From Penicillus capitatus (Eukaryota > Plantae > Chlorophyta): a stretch of DNA of 64,000 nucleotides. The translations under genes and the position numbers were made by a program. The stretch covers positions 165,001 through 229,000 of the forward strand of contig OZ287696.1 in assembly GCA_965649825.1 (NCBI GenBank), read 5' to 3'. The notes beneath the pieces were generated by a model, which searched no databases, was not told the DNA's origin, and was given only the letters and a program-made list of their open reading frames with translations. Positions 49,986 through 62,049 of the stretch are shown piece by piece; within the stretch, counting starts at the first letter, position 1, and each line of letters starts with the position of its first letter.

Positions 49986-52900
49986 TTAAGCTGTGCAGAT
50001 GGAAGGGCGCTCGCTTTCATGACGCATACACTGTACGATTCCTGCCAAGATATCCGCCACTTCTTCCGAACTTGGCAACGAAAACCTGATGCAGGCATAC
50101 ACAGCCGCCATGAGCTATCACTCGACGTCCCTGCAGTCTATGCGTCGCGGTACCTGGCGATGGATTCCATTCTTCCGACGGTACAGGTGAAGAGGTATTT
50201 CGGATTCAGTACTGGAGGCATGCTGTATTCGCGCACGTCTGCGGCGGGAGAGGCACATCTGCGCCGTAAGCCGTTCGATCCGAGAGATGTCGACATCGGT
50301 TGGATGTCCTCCTGTTCGCCGGCATAGGCCAGATGAATGTAACTGGATGACCGTTCGAGTCGTGGCTCCTTGCACATGTTGCGGCCTTCGAAGTAGGCAA
50401 AGATATTTTCGTCTTTTGTCAAAAAATGCCCTAAAAGCACGAACGCACGCACGTCTGCCAGATTGGATGCTGGTGCTGTGTGCTTACCAATGCAGAGAAC
50501 AAATTCAAAACACACGGCCTCGACGCCCAGCATCTCTTCCATACGACCAATGATGTGCTGCATCGTCAGTCCTTTCGTGAGACCCTTTGGCCGCACTTCG
50601 ACGGAACGGGCACCCGGAATGATATCGACTGATTCGGCAGAGATAGGACCGCCTCTCAAATGCTGTAACAGATCACTTGCCTAAACACCACGACCGTTTT
50701 CTCTCCTCCGAGATACGGTGGACGCGATGCCCACTTGAAGTCTTCCAAACTCCACATCTGCATACTTGAAGTTCCAGACAAGGGACGTCTCTCTGGTCTC
50801 GACAAACGAACGCGGCGTCCTCTCACAAAAGTAATCGAACACGAGTTTAACGGCATCCATCCACTCGTTCGATAACCGATCAAAGATCAGCGTCCAGCCA
50901 TGAGTCGGGCCCTCATCCGACAGAACCATCATCCGAGCGTGTCACGGAAGAGATGCGCTTACCACAACGGACGATGGAGGTTTCATGTAGGCACCGTTCT
51001 CAGCGATGAGCCACACAGGCAGATCTTTGAACAGTTCTTCCATTCTCCGACATTCGCTTCCGCTGAAGATCATCACCGTATTCGATTGGTCCTCGCACAG
51101 CTTCTCGATGCATTTGATGGTTGTGGGATTGACTCTGGCCAACTGTCGCATCGTATCATAATGCCGACGCTGATGTCTCGGCGCTTCGACACATGTCGTC
51201 AGGGTCGCATTGTATCCAAGGATAAACAATCGCTGTTCGCTGCCGTGGTATGCAGGCACCAGACTATCGAGGCTCAAACTGGGTGGACTCTTCCTCTGCC
51301 GCAGATCAGCTTCAATCTGACTATCGTTCAGCTCTGTTATGAACGTCTCAGCCCACGCCTGTGCTGTATGCTTCATGATGTGCAAATAATTCTCCTGGTG
51401 TCGCTCGATGCGTTCATCGTGTTTCATCATCAAGCAATCATAAATTGCCTAGAAAGACAGAGAGCCTTGTTTCAGAGGGGACGGTATTTGGTGTTCACCT
51501 GTGCCATTTCTGTCGTATTCCACGGATTGACCAGAATCGATCCTGCTCCAAGCGATTGGGCGGCTCCTGCAAATTCGCTGAGGATCAGACCACCAGGCGT
51601 CGATTTATTGCACTGACAGGCAACGTATTCGAAGCTGACGAGATTCATGCCATCCCTGAGCGATGTAATGAGTGCCACGTCTGTCACCATGTACAGTGCA
51701 ACAAGCTCGTGCAGGTTTAGGGATTGGTTCAGGAAATGGATAGGCATCTCCGTTACCGATCCATAAGCGCCATTGATTCGACCGACCATCTCATTGACCA
51801 TCGATCTTAGCTTCTGGTACTCGTGGACATCTGTCCGCGTTGGCACTGCCACTTGTACAAACAGCACTTTTCTTCGCCAATCTGGCTGCTCTTCCAGGAA
51901 TTTCTCATAGGCAAGCAGTTTCTGTGGAATGCCTTTGATCATGTCCAGCCGATCGACCCCGAGCAATACTCGACGGCCACCAAATTTCTGCGTCAGCTCT
52001 TCGACCTTTCTCTTTACAGCATCTGACGCGACCGCTTGCCGAAAGTGATCAACATTGATGCCGATGGGACAGGTCACGACGCGTGATGTGTGTCCTTGGT
52101 ATTCAACACCCTCTGGCGTACCTTCAACGCCCAGAATGCGACAACTGGATGAGATAAAATGCCGAGCGTAGTCATAAGTGTGAAAACCCAGCAGATCTGC
52201 CGCGAGGACAGATTCCAGAACCATGTCACCCCAAGGCAACGTCCTGTAGATTTCGGAAGATGGAAAGGGCGTATGGAGGAACCATCCGATCTTCATCTGC
52301 GGATTACGATCCTTGAGATATCTTGGCAGCAACATCAAGTGATAGTCATGTATCCACACAATCGAGTCCGTCATATCATGCTTCAATACGTGCTCCGCAA
52401 AGATATCGTTGGCTTTCTGATAGGCCTTCCATTCGTTTTCCATCGTCGTCGTCCCAGCAAGCGAATGCCAAGCCTCGATGCTCAAGGGGACGTAGTGAAA
52501 CAGAGGCCACAGGATTTTGTTACAGTATCCATTGTAGAAATCATTGATCTGCATCACACAGGTATCAGAATGCCTGAGACAGGGGATGTGATAGAGCACA
52601 ATATCCTGATCCAACCAGACAGGGATGAAATTGAGTTCGGCCAATTTGACGGACAGTCTGGCTCTGTCTGGACCCTCTTCCACAAAGACACCTGGCCATC
52701 CGATCCACTTCGTCCGGTAGTTCTGAACACCCTTCAAGGCGCTCACAAGACCGCCGGAGCTCTCCTGTGTAACAATCACTGTGCATAAGGGTGACATGCC
52801 AACAGCAGAGATATGTACGTACAATGAGCTCCCATTCGCCGTCCAATCTCTGCACGGCAGATACGGGCAACCGATTGGACACCATAATGACATTCTCCGT

Positions 52901-53256
52901 CGGCATCTCATCCAAAGGCGGCATGACATTTTCGCTCTCGCTTGTCGGAATGGAGACAATGCTCTGAGATCGATGAATGTGTTTGTTTAACAGCCGCGCT
53001 GGTCACAACAGGACAGGCTGGTTCGGGACACAGATCGCTCAGTGCATACCACCGGCTTACCCACTCTGTTATTTGGCACTCCCGTGTTCGTGATGGCAGG
53101 AAACGACCCAGATCGCGCCATGTCATTATGCGCTTCTTCTGTTTCTAGAGCCACTCTCGCGAGGTCAGCGAAACTGCGAGAGCGATTCGGTTGAACAGGG
53201 TCTATTGCCACCGGTCTGCTGTTTGTGCCATCGAGACTTCTTCGCGGACGCGCCAT
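49986..53256 (-). CDS. TPS1: Class I trehalose-6-phosphate synthase (TPS plus degenerate TPP domain), multi-exon
   Basis: Motifs seen: VSNRLP, SSGGLVSAL, WIGWPG, FYNGYCNKILWPLFHY, WIHDYHL, GWFLHTPFPSSEIYR, GVDRLDMIKGIPQK, RDGMNLVSFEYVACQ, LSEFAGAAQSLG. The class I-type ILGYNATL replaces the DxD box. The start is uncertain. Confidence 0.93.
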
Positions 53257-53596
53257 TCCAGCGCACTCGCCAAGTCCGTTCTTCTTTTGTTGAGGATCCG
53301 TGATTGCTCTGCCACCGAAAGGCGATGCAGAAAAGATGAACGACACAGTTGAAAGATACCCAAAAATGAGAGAGACGTGACCCAAGACGGCACCGTCGCC
53401 GAGATGCAGTTGAAGGCGCGCACGCACGCACTCGCTCGCCCACTCGATACGTATTGCTCGTCGCCTCTTGTGTCAAAGACGTTTTCAATGGCCGTTGTGT
53501 CGATGGCGTCTTTTGGGGATAGCTCGTGTCAGACACGAAAGCGTCCGTATCTACCTTTACTGTCCTGTATCCAGTGACAGGTGACGGGGACATTCA

Positions 53597-54506
53597 TCAA
53601 CACACACGAGGTGACAGCGTTCTTGGTGATGCAGCGTCCCGCGCAGTCGTCGCCTCTGTCAGTCGATACGGAAACGGTGGAACGATCGATTTCCACTCGC
53701 TGCCGAAGCATTCCTTCCTCGTTCCGTTGCTGAAGGACCCGGAATCGATGGTTCCCTCCATGGACCTCCATGTGGAAAGATTTTCTGAAGTGGTTTCTTC
53801 ATGTACGATGCCTTTCATGTTCCAGGCCATGAGCAGTTGACGCTTCTTCTCAGAGAACAGTGCGGTTTTGGATCGTTGTCTGCGCGAGAGACGATGCATC
53901 GAGACGTGCTCGTTGCGTCGATGCTCGAGCTCGAGCAACAACTCGGGTGCCTCTCTCACAACACCCTGTCTGTGATCACCGCCAAGCGACACATCCTCCA
54001 GCAGCTTCTTTCGTCGCAAAGTGTGCGAGATATCGGCAAATGATAGCGACTGATGGGAGACCGGTCACAAGATGGTGCTGTCAGCGTCACGCTTACCGTT
54101 CCGTTCGTCAGGATATTGCTCTGGCTGTCTTCCCTGTCTCCATAGCTGTAGGCTCGCGTCATGAGCATCTCAAAGACGTCCAGATCCATTTCTGCTTTTC
54201 CTTTGTTGAGTTGTCGGACGAGAGATATGAGTTCCCTCTTCCGCGGTTTCAGCCCCAATTGCTCAAGTGCTTCCACGAATTCATCGACATCCAGAGAGCC
54301 TTAGGTAAACTGATCACTCAGCGAAAGGCCTCCTCGAGTGACATACCTGATCCATCTGCATCGATGACGCGGAAGCAGTCTCGGATTTGTTTCCTCCGTT
54401 GCGCCGTCAGTCGCTTTATCGGAACGGCGCCGCCACGACACTGTGACCATCGAGCCGTCTCGCCGTGCAGTATATCCAGACGATCTGCATGGATGCCAGC
54501 GCACAT
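53597..54506 (-). CDS. EF-hand (centrin/calmodulin-like) protein with a unique C-terminal extension, multi-exon
   Basis: QIRDCFRVIDADGSG/SLDVDEFVEALEQLG...ELISLVRQLNKGKAEMDLDVFEMLM forms one canonical and one degenerate EF hand. The start is uncertain. Confidence 0.65.
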
Positions 54507-54972
54507 TGAGAAACGGGCAGGAAGAGGTGGATGGAATTAGGCTGTCCGCTGTCTGGTCGAACCGTCCAACGAGATTTTCATTCGATCTTTTGAAGCGACC
54601 ATTCATCCATTTGCGTGGCGCACGCCAACGACTAACTACGCCGTCGAAGAAGACGAAGCAATAGACCTTTCGTTCTTCTTCCGGACCTACTGACACCCAG
54701 AAGACCACTGTGCTGGTAAGACAAGCACTCATCGTCATGACGGGTGGCGCGAATGCGACGACGACCGAAACGACAAAAGCCGTGCTGGAGACACGGCCCC
54801 TTGTATATTTGCTGAGTCGATGTCTGTTCCCGGCATACCCCCACCCCACTGCTTTATCGCCGCGAATTGAGCGCCGTCGTCGCGCTTGTACTTTGTGCTA
54901 ACGCGCCGAAATCGTGTTGGTTTCTTGTTTTGGTTAGGGCATCGTGTTTGCAGGTGAGAGGAGAGCGTCATC

Positions 54973-56459
54973 ATGAGTTCTGGCGGATTTCGCCCTTTGA
55001 ATCTCGTTCGTCCTTTTCTATCTATCCTACCCGATGTGGCACAAGCCGACCGTCGAGTTCCCTTCAAAGAAAAGGCCATCTACACAGCGGTGTCGCTCTT
55101 TGTGTTCTTGGTCTGTTCGCAACTGCCCCTTTACGGAATCAAGTCCAATGCCGGATCCGATCCTTTCTACTGGGTCCGTGTCATCATGGCATCCAATCGT
55201 GGAACCTGCATGGAACTGGGCATCAGTCCCATCGTAACATCCGGACTGGTCATGCAACTCCTCGCCGGATCCAAAATCATTGACGTGGACAACAGTGTCA
55301 AGGCAGACAGAGATCTCCTGGCCGGTGCACAGAAGCTGTTGGGTGTACTCATCACCATTGGCGAAGCTGTCGCGTACGTCGTTTCCGGAATGTACGGAGA
55401 CGTACGCGATATCGGTGCGGTGAATGCTATTCTGATCATCGTTCAGCTGTTCGTGGCGGGTCTCATCGTGATCTGCCTCGACGAGTTGCTGACCAAAGGT
55501 TATGGTCTGGGATCTGGCATCTCCCTCTTTATCGCCACGAATATCTGCGAGAGTATCATCTGGAAGGCCTTCAGTCCATACACCATTCGTAGCTCCAGAG
55601 GTGCCGAATTCGAAGGGGCCATCATTGCTCTCTTCCATCTACTGATCACGCGCACGGATAAAGTCCGAGCATTGAAGGAAGCATTCTATCGCCCGAATCT
55701 GCCCAACGTGATGAATCTGCTATCAACGGTCATCATCTTCATGGTCTCCATCTACTTCTCTGTGCGTGATGCTCTTTGTGATCTGCCGCTCTGCATTGAC
55801 GACCTTCTCCTGTGCAGGGCTTCAAGGTTGATCTCCCCGTCAGGAGCAGACGCACGAGGGGACAGCAGAGCAGTTATTCCATCAAACTGTTCTATACCTC
55901 GAACATGCCAATCATCTTGCAGTCCGCTCTGGTGTCCAATCTCTACTTCATATCCCAGCTCCTCTACAAGCGTTTCCGCACCAACATGCTGGTCGCTCTT
56001 CTGGGAGTGTGGCAAGAGAACGAGTTTACGGGACAGATGATTCCGGTCGGTGGCCTTGTGTACTACATCTCCCCGCCGCACAGTTTGACACAAGCAGCAG
56101 CGAATCCAGCACATGCACTGTTCTATATCATCTTCATGCTCTCTGCGTGTGCTCTTTTCTCAAAGACCTGGATCGAAGTCAGCGGATCGTCTGCATCTGA
56201 TGTGGCGCGTCAGCTCAAAGAGCAGCAGATGTTTTTCACGGGACACAGAGACAATCAGCAGTCTTTGAAGAAGGAACTGAATCGTTACATTCCTATTGCT
56301 GCGGCGTTTGGTGGCATGTGCATCGGTGCGCTGACCATTGTGGCGGACTTCATGGGTGCCGTCGGTTCCGGAACAGGAATACTGCTCGCTGTGACCATTA
56401 TCTATCAGTACTTCGAGACGTACGAAAAAGAAATGAAAGAACAGAAAGGCGTGTTCTGA
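54973..56459 (+). CDS. SEC61A: Sec61 translocon alpha subunit, one intron
   Basis: Motifs seen: [124 protein letters not shown]. Confidence 0.98.
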
Positions 56460-56507
56460 GAGTTCCGCACCTGATCTGTTGTTTGTTACCTTTGAAGTAC
56501 AAAGCTG

Positions 56508-56512
56508 TGTAA
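56508..56512 (+). promoter_or_regulatory. Candidate chlorophyte-type polyadenylation signal TGTAA downstream of SEC61A
   Basis: TGTAA lies about 50 nt after the stop. The same motif occurs about 40 nt after the MEMO1 stop (36046-36050, minus). UGUAA is the established Chlamydomonas-type signal. Confidence 0.4.
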
Positions 56513-56847
56513 GGATCACTGAAATAAGGAATCCTTCGCTATGAACTCTCCGTGTACAGTACGGAAGGACTCGGCATTCGATCACGAACGGACGCACACA
56601 GGAGGAACAGCATTTGGAATTTTGGCAAAGTGTTCTGAGCACAGTTGGTAACTGCTCAAGGACTTATGTTGTTGCTCTATTGCCAAGCACATCTGTCAGG
56701 GCACAGTGGAGAACGAATGCCATGGACATCCTCCCTCCATTCTACATCAAAAAACTCGTCCTTTGAATTGCCGACTGCGTAAAGGCTCAACAAAAGCCTC
56801 TAGATTCTCATTTGAGAGAAACAAAAAAAAGCAAGGAGTGGTGTTGG

Positions 56848-59706
56848 TTAAGTTGTTGGATACTCTTTTCTGCCGCAGATGACGTTTCCCTCTTTGTCAT
56901 AGATGGTTTTTCCCTCAGAAGGGGGTGGACATTCTGGCCTCGATGCCGTCTTGCCCAATCGACTGGAATGACGGTATCTCGTTTCAGGCCCTTTCCAGTC
57001 AATGCCTCCAAACCACGAAGCAGTGGTCTTCTTGATATCGTGTTTGTAGACGGAACGTCGAACATCTTCTGTGCATCTCGATTTGGCCGGTGGTGCGTGT
57101 TTGCAACGCCGGCGTTTGTGGTGAATGGCAGGTGTGTGTGGTCGCTTCGGCGCAGATTCCGTCTTCTTTTTCTCTGCATGGTGATGCGGTTTGGGAACGG
57201 GTGAAACGGGCAAAATGCTTGGCTGGGGTTCCGGTTTAGGAGATTCTGGTTTTGGTATCTTCGATCCGTGCATTTCCGGAATATCAGCAGAAGCATGAAC
57301 GTCATGCTTTTCACCAGTTCCAGGTGCATCGGGACTGGTCTCAGTAGGAGCGACATGTGGATGCTCCTTTTCAGGCGATGGCTCTGGACTTGGTGCCGTA
57401 GATTGCGGAATTGAGTAACCGTGAGTCTCTCCACGTTTGGAATGGGGAGGTTTTTCATGAACGCCACCACCGCCTCCTCCGCCAGCAGCTGCGGATGCCG
57501 GCTCTGTACCCACTGAAGGTCTTGGTTCTTTGGAGGCTGTACCGCCACCTCCGCCGCCACCGCTACTGCCTCCGCCTCCACCACCGCCACCTCCGCCGCC
57601 ATCTTTGCCTCCTCCACCGCCTCCCAATCTGTCTCCAAATCCTCTGGCATACCCACCACGAATTGTCCCGCCGCCGCCTCCTCCGCCACTGTCTCCTCCT
57701 CCGCCTCCACCAGCTCCGCCTAAGAGTATATAAACATCGTTTGATTGCATGTCCATCAAGGGGCACTCTGAATCGCACCTTGGAAGCTGCTGACTCCTTC
57801 GCCGCCTCCACCGCCGAGGCCACCACTGCCAGAACCGAGTGCTCCTATTGTCTTGCCCATACCTCCGCCTCCTCCACGGCGACGGCGAACGGCACTTACG
57901 GAGGGTCCGCCATGGCCTGATCCAATTCCCCCTCTACCACTGCCACCTCCACCTCCTCCACCGCGACCTCCTCCTCCACCGGATCCAGATCCTTCGACCG
58001 AAGTCCCTCCGCCGCCTTTCGGCGACCCTGCACCCTCTGATTGTCCTCTGCGACCTCCGCCGCCACCACCCCCGCCACCACCGGAAATGTCTTCTTCTTC
58101 GCACAGAAGACCACCACCACCTCCGCCACCAGCACCTCCGTGTTTTTGTGTTGAGGCCAATCCGGAACCAGATCCGATCTTGGAACCGCCACGTCCTGTG
58201 AAGTGAGAGATTGGGATCGCATAATGACGTTCGGTGCAAAGACGCTTACCTTTTGCTTTGGCTCTGTGAGCGCTTCCGGCCCCGCCGCCTCCTCCTGCTC
58301 CCCCTCCCCCTCCAGCTCCTCCATGCGAAAGAGAAGTCCCTCCGCCGCCAAAATAATCGCCGCCACCAGAAGCGGTCCCGAAATGTCCAGCACCTGCGCC
58401 ACCTCCACCGCCGCCAGAGACCTTCGAATCTTCAAAGTCGATAAGGTGACCTCCTCCACCACCAGCCCCTCCACCGCCTCGGCCAGATTTCACAGCCCCT
58501 CCACCGCCTCCGCCTCCTCCAATAACCATTGACTGAGCACCTCCGCTGCCTTCGCCATGCGAACGCTGACCACCTCCGCCCCCACCTCCGCCGCCTCCTG
58601 TTCCGCCACCTCCACCAGAACCGCTGACTCCCTTTCTTCCACCGCCAGATGCATCGCCACCTCCCCCAAAGCGACTTCCTCCGCCACTACCGCCTCCACC
58701 TGATCCACCACCTCCACCACCGCCAGATCCACCATCAACACCTGCTCCGTGATCTATGCCTCCACCTCCGCCACCGCCACCTCCGCCCGGATCACTGCTT
58801 CGTCTTCCTTGCCCTCCACTTCCTCCACCGCCAAGGATATCGCCGCCTCCGCCACTGCCTTTGCCGCTCGGTCCACCTCCACCAGCACCGCCACCACCTG
58901 ACAACAACCAATCGTCATGCGAAGTCTAACATACAGAACACCGGTTCTTTCGTCCATTACACGTCTCTACGAACAGACGTCGCCAAAAGCGTCAGAAGGT
59001 GACGTCTGAATGGTGCATGAGTCTATCTTTACTTCCAGAACAAAAACATTCCAAGATATACCTTCAGCACCGCCTCCTCCCCCTCCGCCTCCTCCACCGC
59101 GACTGCCGCTCTGGGATCCACCACTTCCGCCTCCGCCAGTTCGGTCTCCACCTCCTTCTCCTAGTCCTCCTGGACCTCCCCCGCCTCCGCCACCTCCACC
59201 ACCATGATCGGCGCTGCTTCCTCCTCCGCCGCCGCTACCACTATGCGTGTCGCCTGCACCACCTCCGCCTCCTCCACCTATCATGGTCTTTTATCATGCG
59301 ACAGTGCAACAAGGCGTTGTCGATCGCACCGAGGATTCCTGTGCAATCGCAGTGCTTCTTCTTGCATTCATTAACGGCGACCGCCGAAGTGGACTCGCAA
59401 CAAGTGCAATGCTTTTCTCGCTTCGACCAGCGGTGCGTTTTGGCTGAAAACAGACGACATGCTAAAAATTCGTAAAGAGGTAGCACCGAAAGACACCTGA
59501 AGTGCTTTGGCTATGAAAAATGAGGGTGACCTACAAAAAGGCACAACAGTTGGGGGGAGTGGTGAAAGCACGATACTATGTCGTAAAAAGGAGATGTGTC
59601 ACAACGACAAACTTACCAGCACAACCCAGAATAGTCCTATGGCAGGCGGACGCGATCTGCGCCCTTTAGGCGCCTGAAAAGAGAAAACAGAGATTAAAAC
59701 AGACAT
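56848..59706 (-). CDS. Secreted glycine-rich protein with a Cys-rich N-terminus and a Pro/His/Lys-rich, Cys-containing C-terminus, multi-exon
   Basis: Minus-strand Gly-rich ORFs (58967-59284, 57756-58907, 56848-57759) are joined in phase by GT-AG introns (e.g. CAAG/GTGCGA...CTTAG/GCGGA). Predicted upstream exons give AIGLFWVVL/VTLIFHSQSTSA-CRLF...HCTCC...CKKKHCDCTGILG. The 5' structure is tentative. Confidence 0.65.
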
Positions 59707-60099
59707 AGAGTGAAAGGCGAGAGCAAAACGACCATCACAAAGACAGACAAAGGACTGGCTGCACAGTCGCTACGTATCAGTCGGAGAAAACTGCCGCGGG
59801 ACGAAATTTTCGACGGAGACGGCGCGACGTAAATTTAAAGCGTGATTGCATTATCGTACTTCCGAGACCGAAGCGCACTCCCTGACGAAGTTATTGATCT
59901 TATGTACTACACCAGTTCGAACCACACAATCACTCTCCCTATTGCAGGAGAGCCGGAATGAGAACGCAGCCGCATGCAATCTTCGATTCTGACTCAGAAA
60001 ACCAAATCGCACTAGTCTTGGCTTGATCACAGCAAAGGCATTCACACATCCGCAGAGCATTCGTCTGACCAATGGTAAGAAATTGGGTCGACCGCAGAT

Positions 60100-61044
60100 T
60101 CATGTGGGACGACGTGGAGGATTTTTCAAAATTGTTGGAGGGATGGACGCGACGATGCGCTGAACTCTTGTCTTTGCTGCATATCCGACGAGATATTGAG
60201 CGGTCTTGTACTGATCTGGCAGCTCCATTAAAGCGTTCAGTGCAAAACTCGCCTCCCTTCTTTGGTCGCGTATCGAAGCGCTGCCGTTCATGATTCTGTT
60301 AAACTCCACGAACTGAAAGTTGTCCCATTGTCGACTGGGAAGTTCGTCGTCGAAGTAATGCATAGTCTCCCAGGGACCGTCTCCCACGCCGATGAGCACG
60401 ATGGAGATTGGAAACATGGATGCCTCCACGATCGCCTGCATGGTGTCCTGCCTGCAAGACGAGGAGATTTGCCCATCTGCTAGGATGAGCAGCAGATGAA
60501 ACTGCATCCCTGAGTCGTAGACTTGTCGCATCGCCTGACGGATCAGTGCGGCGAAGGATGTCGGTCCAGAGAGCTGCACGTGGGTAACCAATTCCCTGTA
60601 GCGCTGCACGAGGCTCTGCAGTCCAGTCGAGGGTTGGTTACCAGGATGGAACGAGAAAACAGATGTCATGCCGGTCGTCTCGTCTCCAAAGCCATATCCA
60701 GGTATCAACTGATCGTCGTCGAAACTCTCCAGCGTCCTTGCAATCAAGGAGAGTGATGTGAGGTATGGATTTGGAGGTCCGGTGATAGAGTGCAGAGATT
60801 GTCCTGTGAAGACAGCATCGATACCGACAGACGCGGTGTCCGTAAACTTACCGTTGAAGGTATGTTCGCCGGTCCACATGTTTGACTTTGTGAAATCGAT
60901 TCCAACGATGAGCTGACAGGCTTCGAGGCCCTCCTGTCGCAAGGCCTTCTGAACTTCTTCTATCGTCTCGAACCTGTCGGGAATTCTCTGAAAGCGCTGA
61001 CCCGCCTCTGACGTTTGTGTCTTCTTGCTACTGCACAAACCCAT
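60100..61044 (-). CDS. Copine/RGLG-type vWA-domain protein with N-terminal MGLC acylation motif; no RING detected
   Basis: Motifs seen: EVQKALRQEGLEACQLIVGIDFTKSN, NPY, FDDDQLIPGYGFGD, LSGPTSFA, FHLLLILADGQ, ASMFPISIVLIGVGDGPW, DNFQFVEF, ALMELPDQY. One in-frame 48-nt intron lies at 60804-60851. Confidence 0.9.
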   Translation of the reverse strand: MGLCSSKKTQTSEAGQRFQRIPDRFETIEEVQKALRQEGLEACQLIVGIDFTKSNMWTGEHTFNGKFTDTASVGIDAVFTGQSLHSITGPPNPYLTSLSLIARTLESFDDDQLIPGYGFGDETTGMTSVFSFHPGNQPSTGLQSLVQRYRELVTHVQLSGPTSFAALIRQAMRQVYDSGMQFHLLLILADGQISSSCRQDTMQAIVEASMFPISIVLIGVGDGPWETMHYFDDELPSRQWDNFQFVEFNRIMNGSASIRDQRREASFALNALMELPDQYKTAQYLVGYAAKTRVQRIVASIPPTILKNPPRRPT

Positions 61045-61314
61045 TTTGAAAACCTCTTGTTAAACTAATGCGAACTTCATTGCAGTGTAACGTCTTTTAC
61101 TGTTCGAATCTGTCCCTTTGCCATCTCATTGATTGTGATATGCATGATAAAAGACAATTTTGAATCGCGACTTTTATAGAAGAGCCGAGTTTCCACAACG
61201 ACAAGAACCAGATACGCGAACATAGCTATTGTCCCGAAAGGTTGTAACAGTTCAGTTCTGTTGACTCCCGTAACTAACCGCGAAGGAAACATTTCATGTC
61301 GTTTCATTCTCCGA

Positions 61315-61490
61315 ACGGGTGGCTTGTTCGAGAGCGGGAAGGGCGACGAGAGCGGCGAGATTCAACGATTTCAGAAAATGCCCTACAGACAAGTTTGTGA
61401 CAATAGAAGAGGTCCAGGAGGCTCTACAACAAGCCGGCCTCGAATACCGCTAACATATCCTTGGAATCGACTTTACAGACAACACCAATA
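61315..61490 (+). pseudogene. Inverted, decayed 5' fragment of a copine/RGLG paralog
   Basis: It reads (T)GGLFESGKGDESGEIQRFQKM[frameshift]DKFVTIEEVQEALQQAGLEYR*HILGIDFT, versus QRFQRIPDRFETIEEVQKALRQEGLEACQLIVGIDFT in the adjacent intact gene. ACG is in place of ATG. Confidence 0.7.
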
Positions 61491-62049
61491 AGAAAAAACC
61501 GAGCAACGACATGATGACTGGGATAACGCATCATCACGTAACCCTTTCGTTTTCATGATGCCAGGGTCTTAGTCCATCAATCGCCTACTGGCATGGCGCC
61601 GCACACACGCGGCGCGTCGTCCCGCCTAGGTTGCCAGAGAGAGAACGAGATTTCGTGAACTCGATTCGTTGTTGATTGTGAATAGATGGTCAGAGGCGGA
61701 GTGCCTCGGTGAGGAGGCATTCTTTACGATCGCAACAGCATTGTGTGTACTTAGGCACTTCACGCAGGCTGATCGTCGTCGTCGCTATGAAAATTCCGTG
61801 GTCGTGTCGGAACTTCACGAGCTCAGGGATTTGACAAACATGGACCTAGTCAGTTGACAAACAGAAGAACAACAAGCCGTCATCCGTTTTGACGCGGAGT
61901 TATTCTTTCCATAGGTTACAGACTGTTTGTTTTTGTTGATTTCCTAGACAACGCAGAATGCTAGAAAGATGGGAAGCTCGTTTAGTTCGATGGAAAGAAA
62001 ACTATAATGCCACACAGTTGTGCAAAAAAGACATTAGGATTGTACTTAT

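Noticed and set aside
52549-52599. Apparent insertions in TPS (and in copine at 60804-60851) within long ORF-track proteins
   Set aside because: They are ordinary 51-nt and 48-nt GT-AG introns that happen to be in frame and stop-free. Removing them restores the family consensus.
57411-59475. Extensin/pherophorin-like proline-rich protein on the plus strand
   Set aside because: The Pro-rich ORFs are fragmented across frames with no linking splice sites, whereas the minus-strand Gly-rich ORFs are joined by in-phase GT-AG introns.
59851-60099. C-terminal RING exon for the copine/RGLG gene
   Set aside because: A Cys-containing frame exists (CECLCCDQ...CGC), but it does not fit the C3HC4 spacing and I found no in-phase splice.
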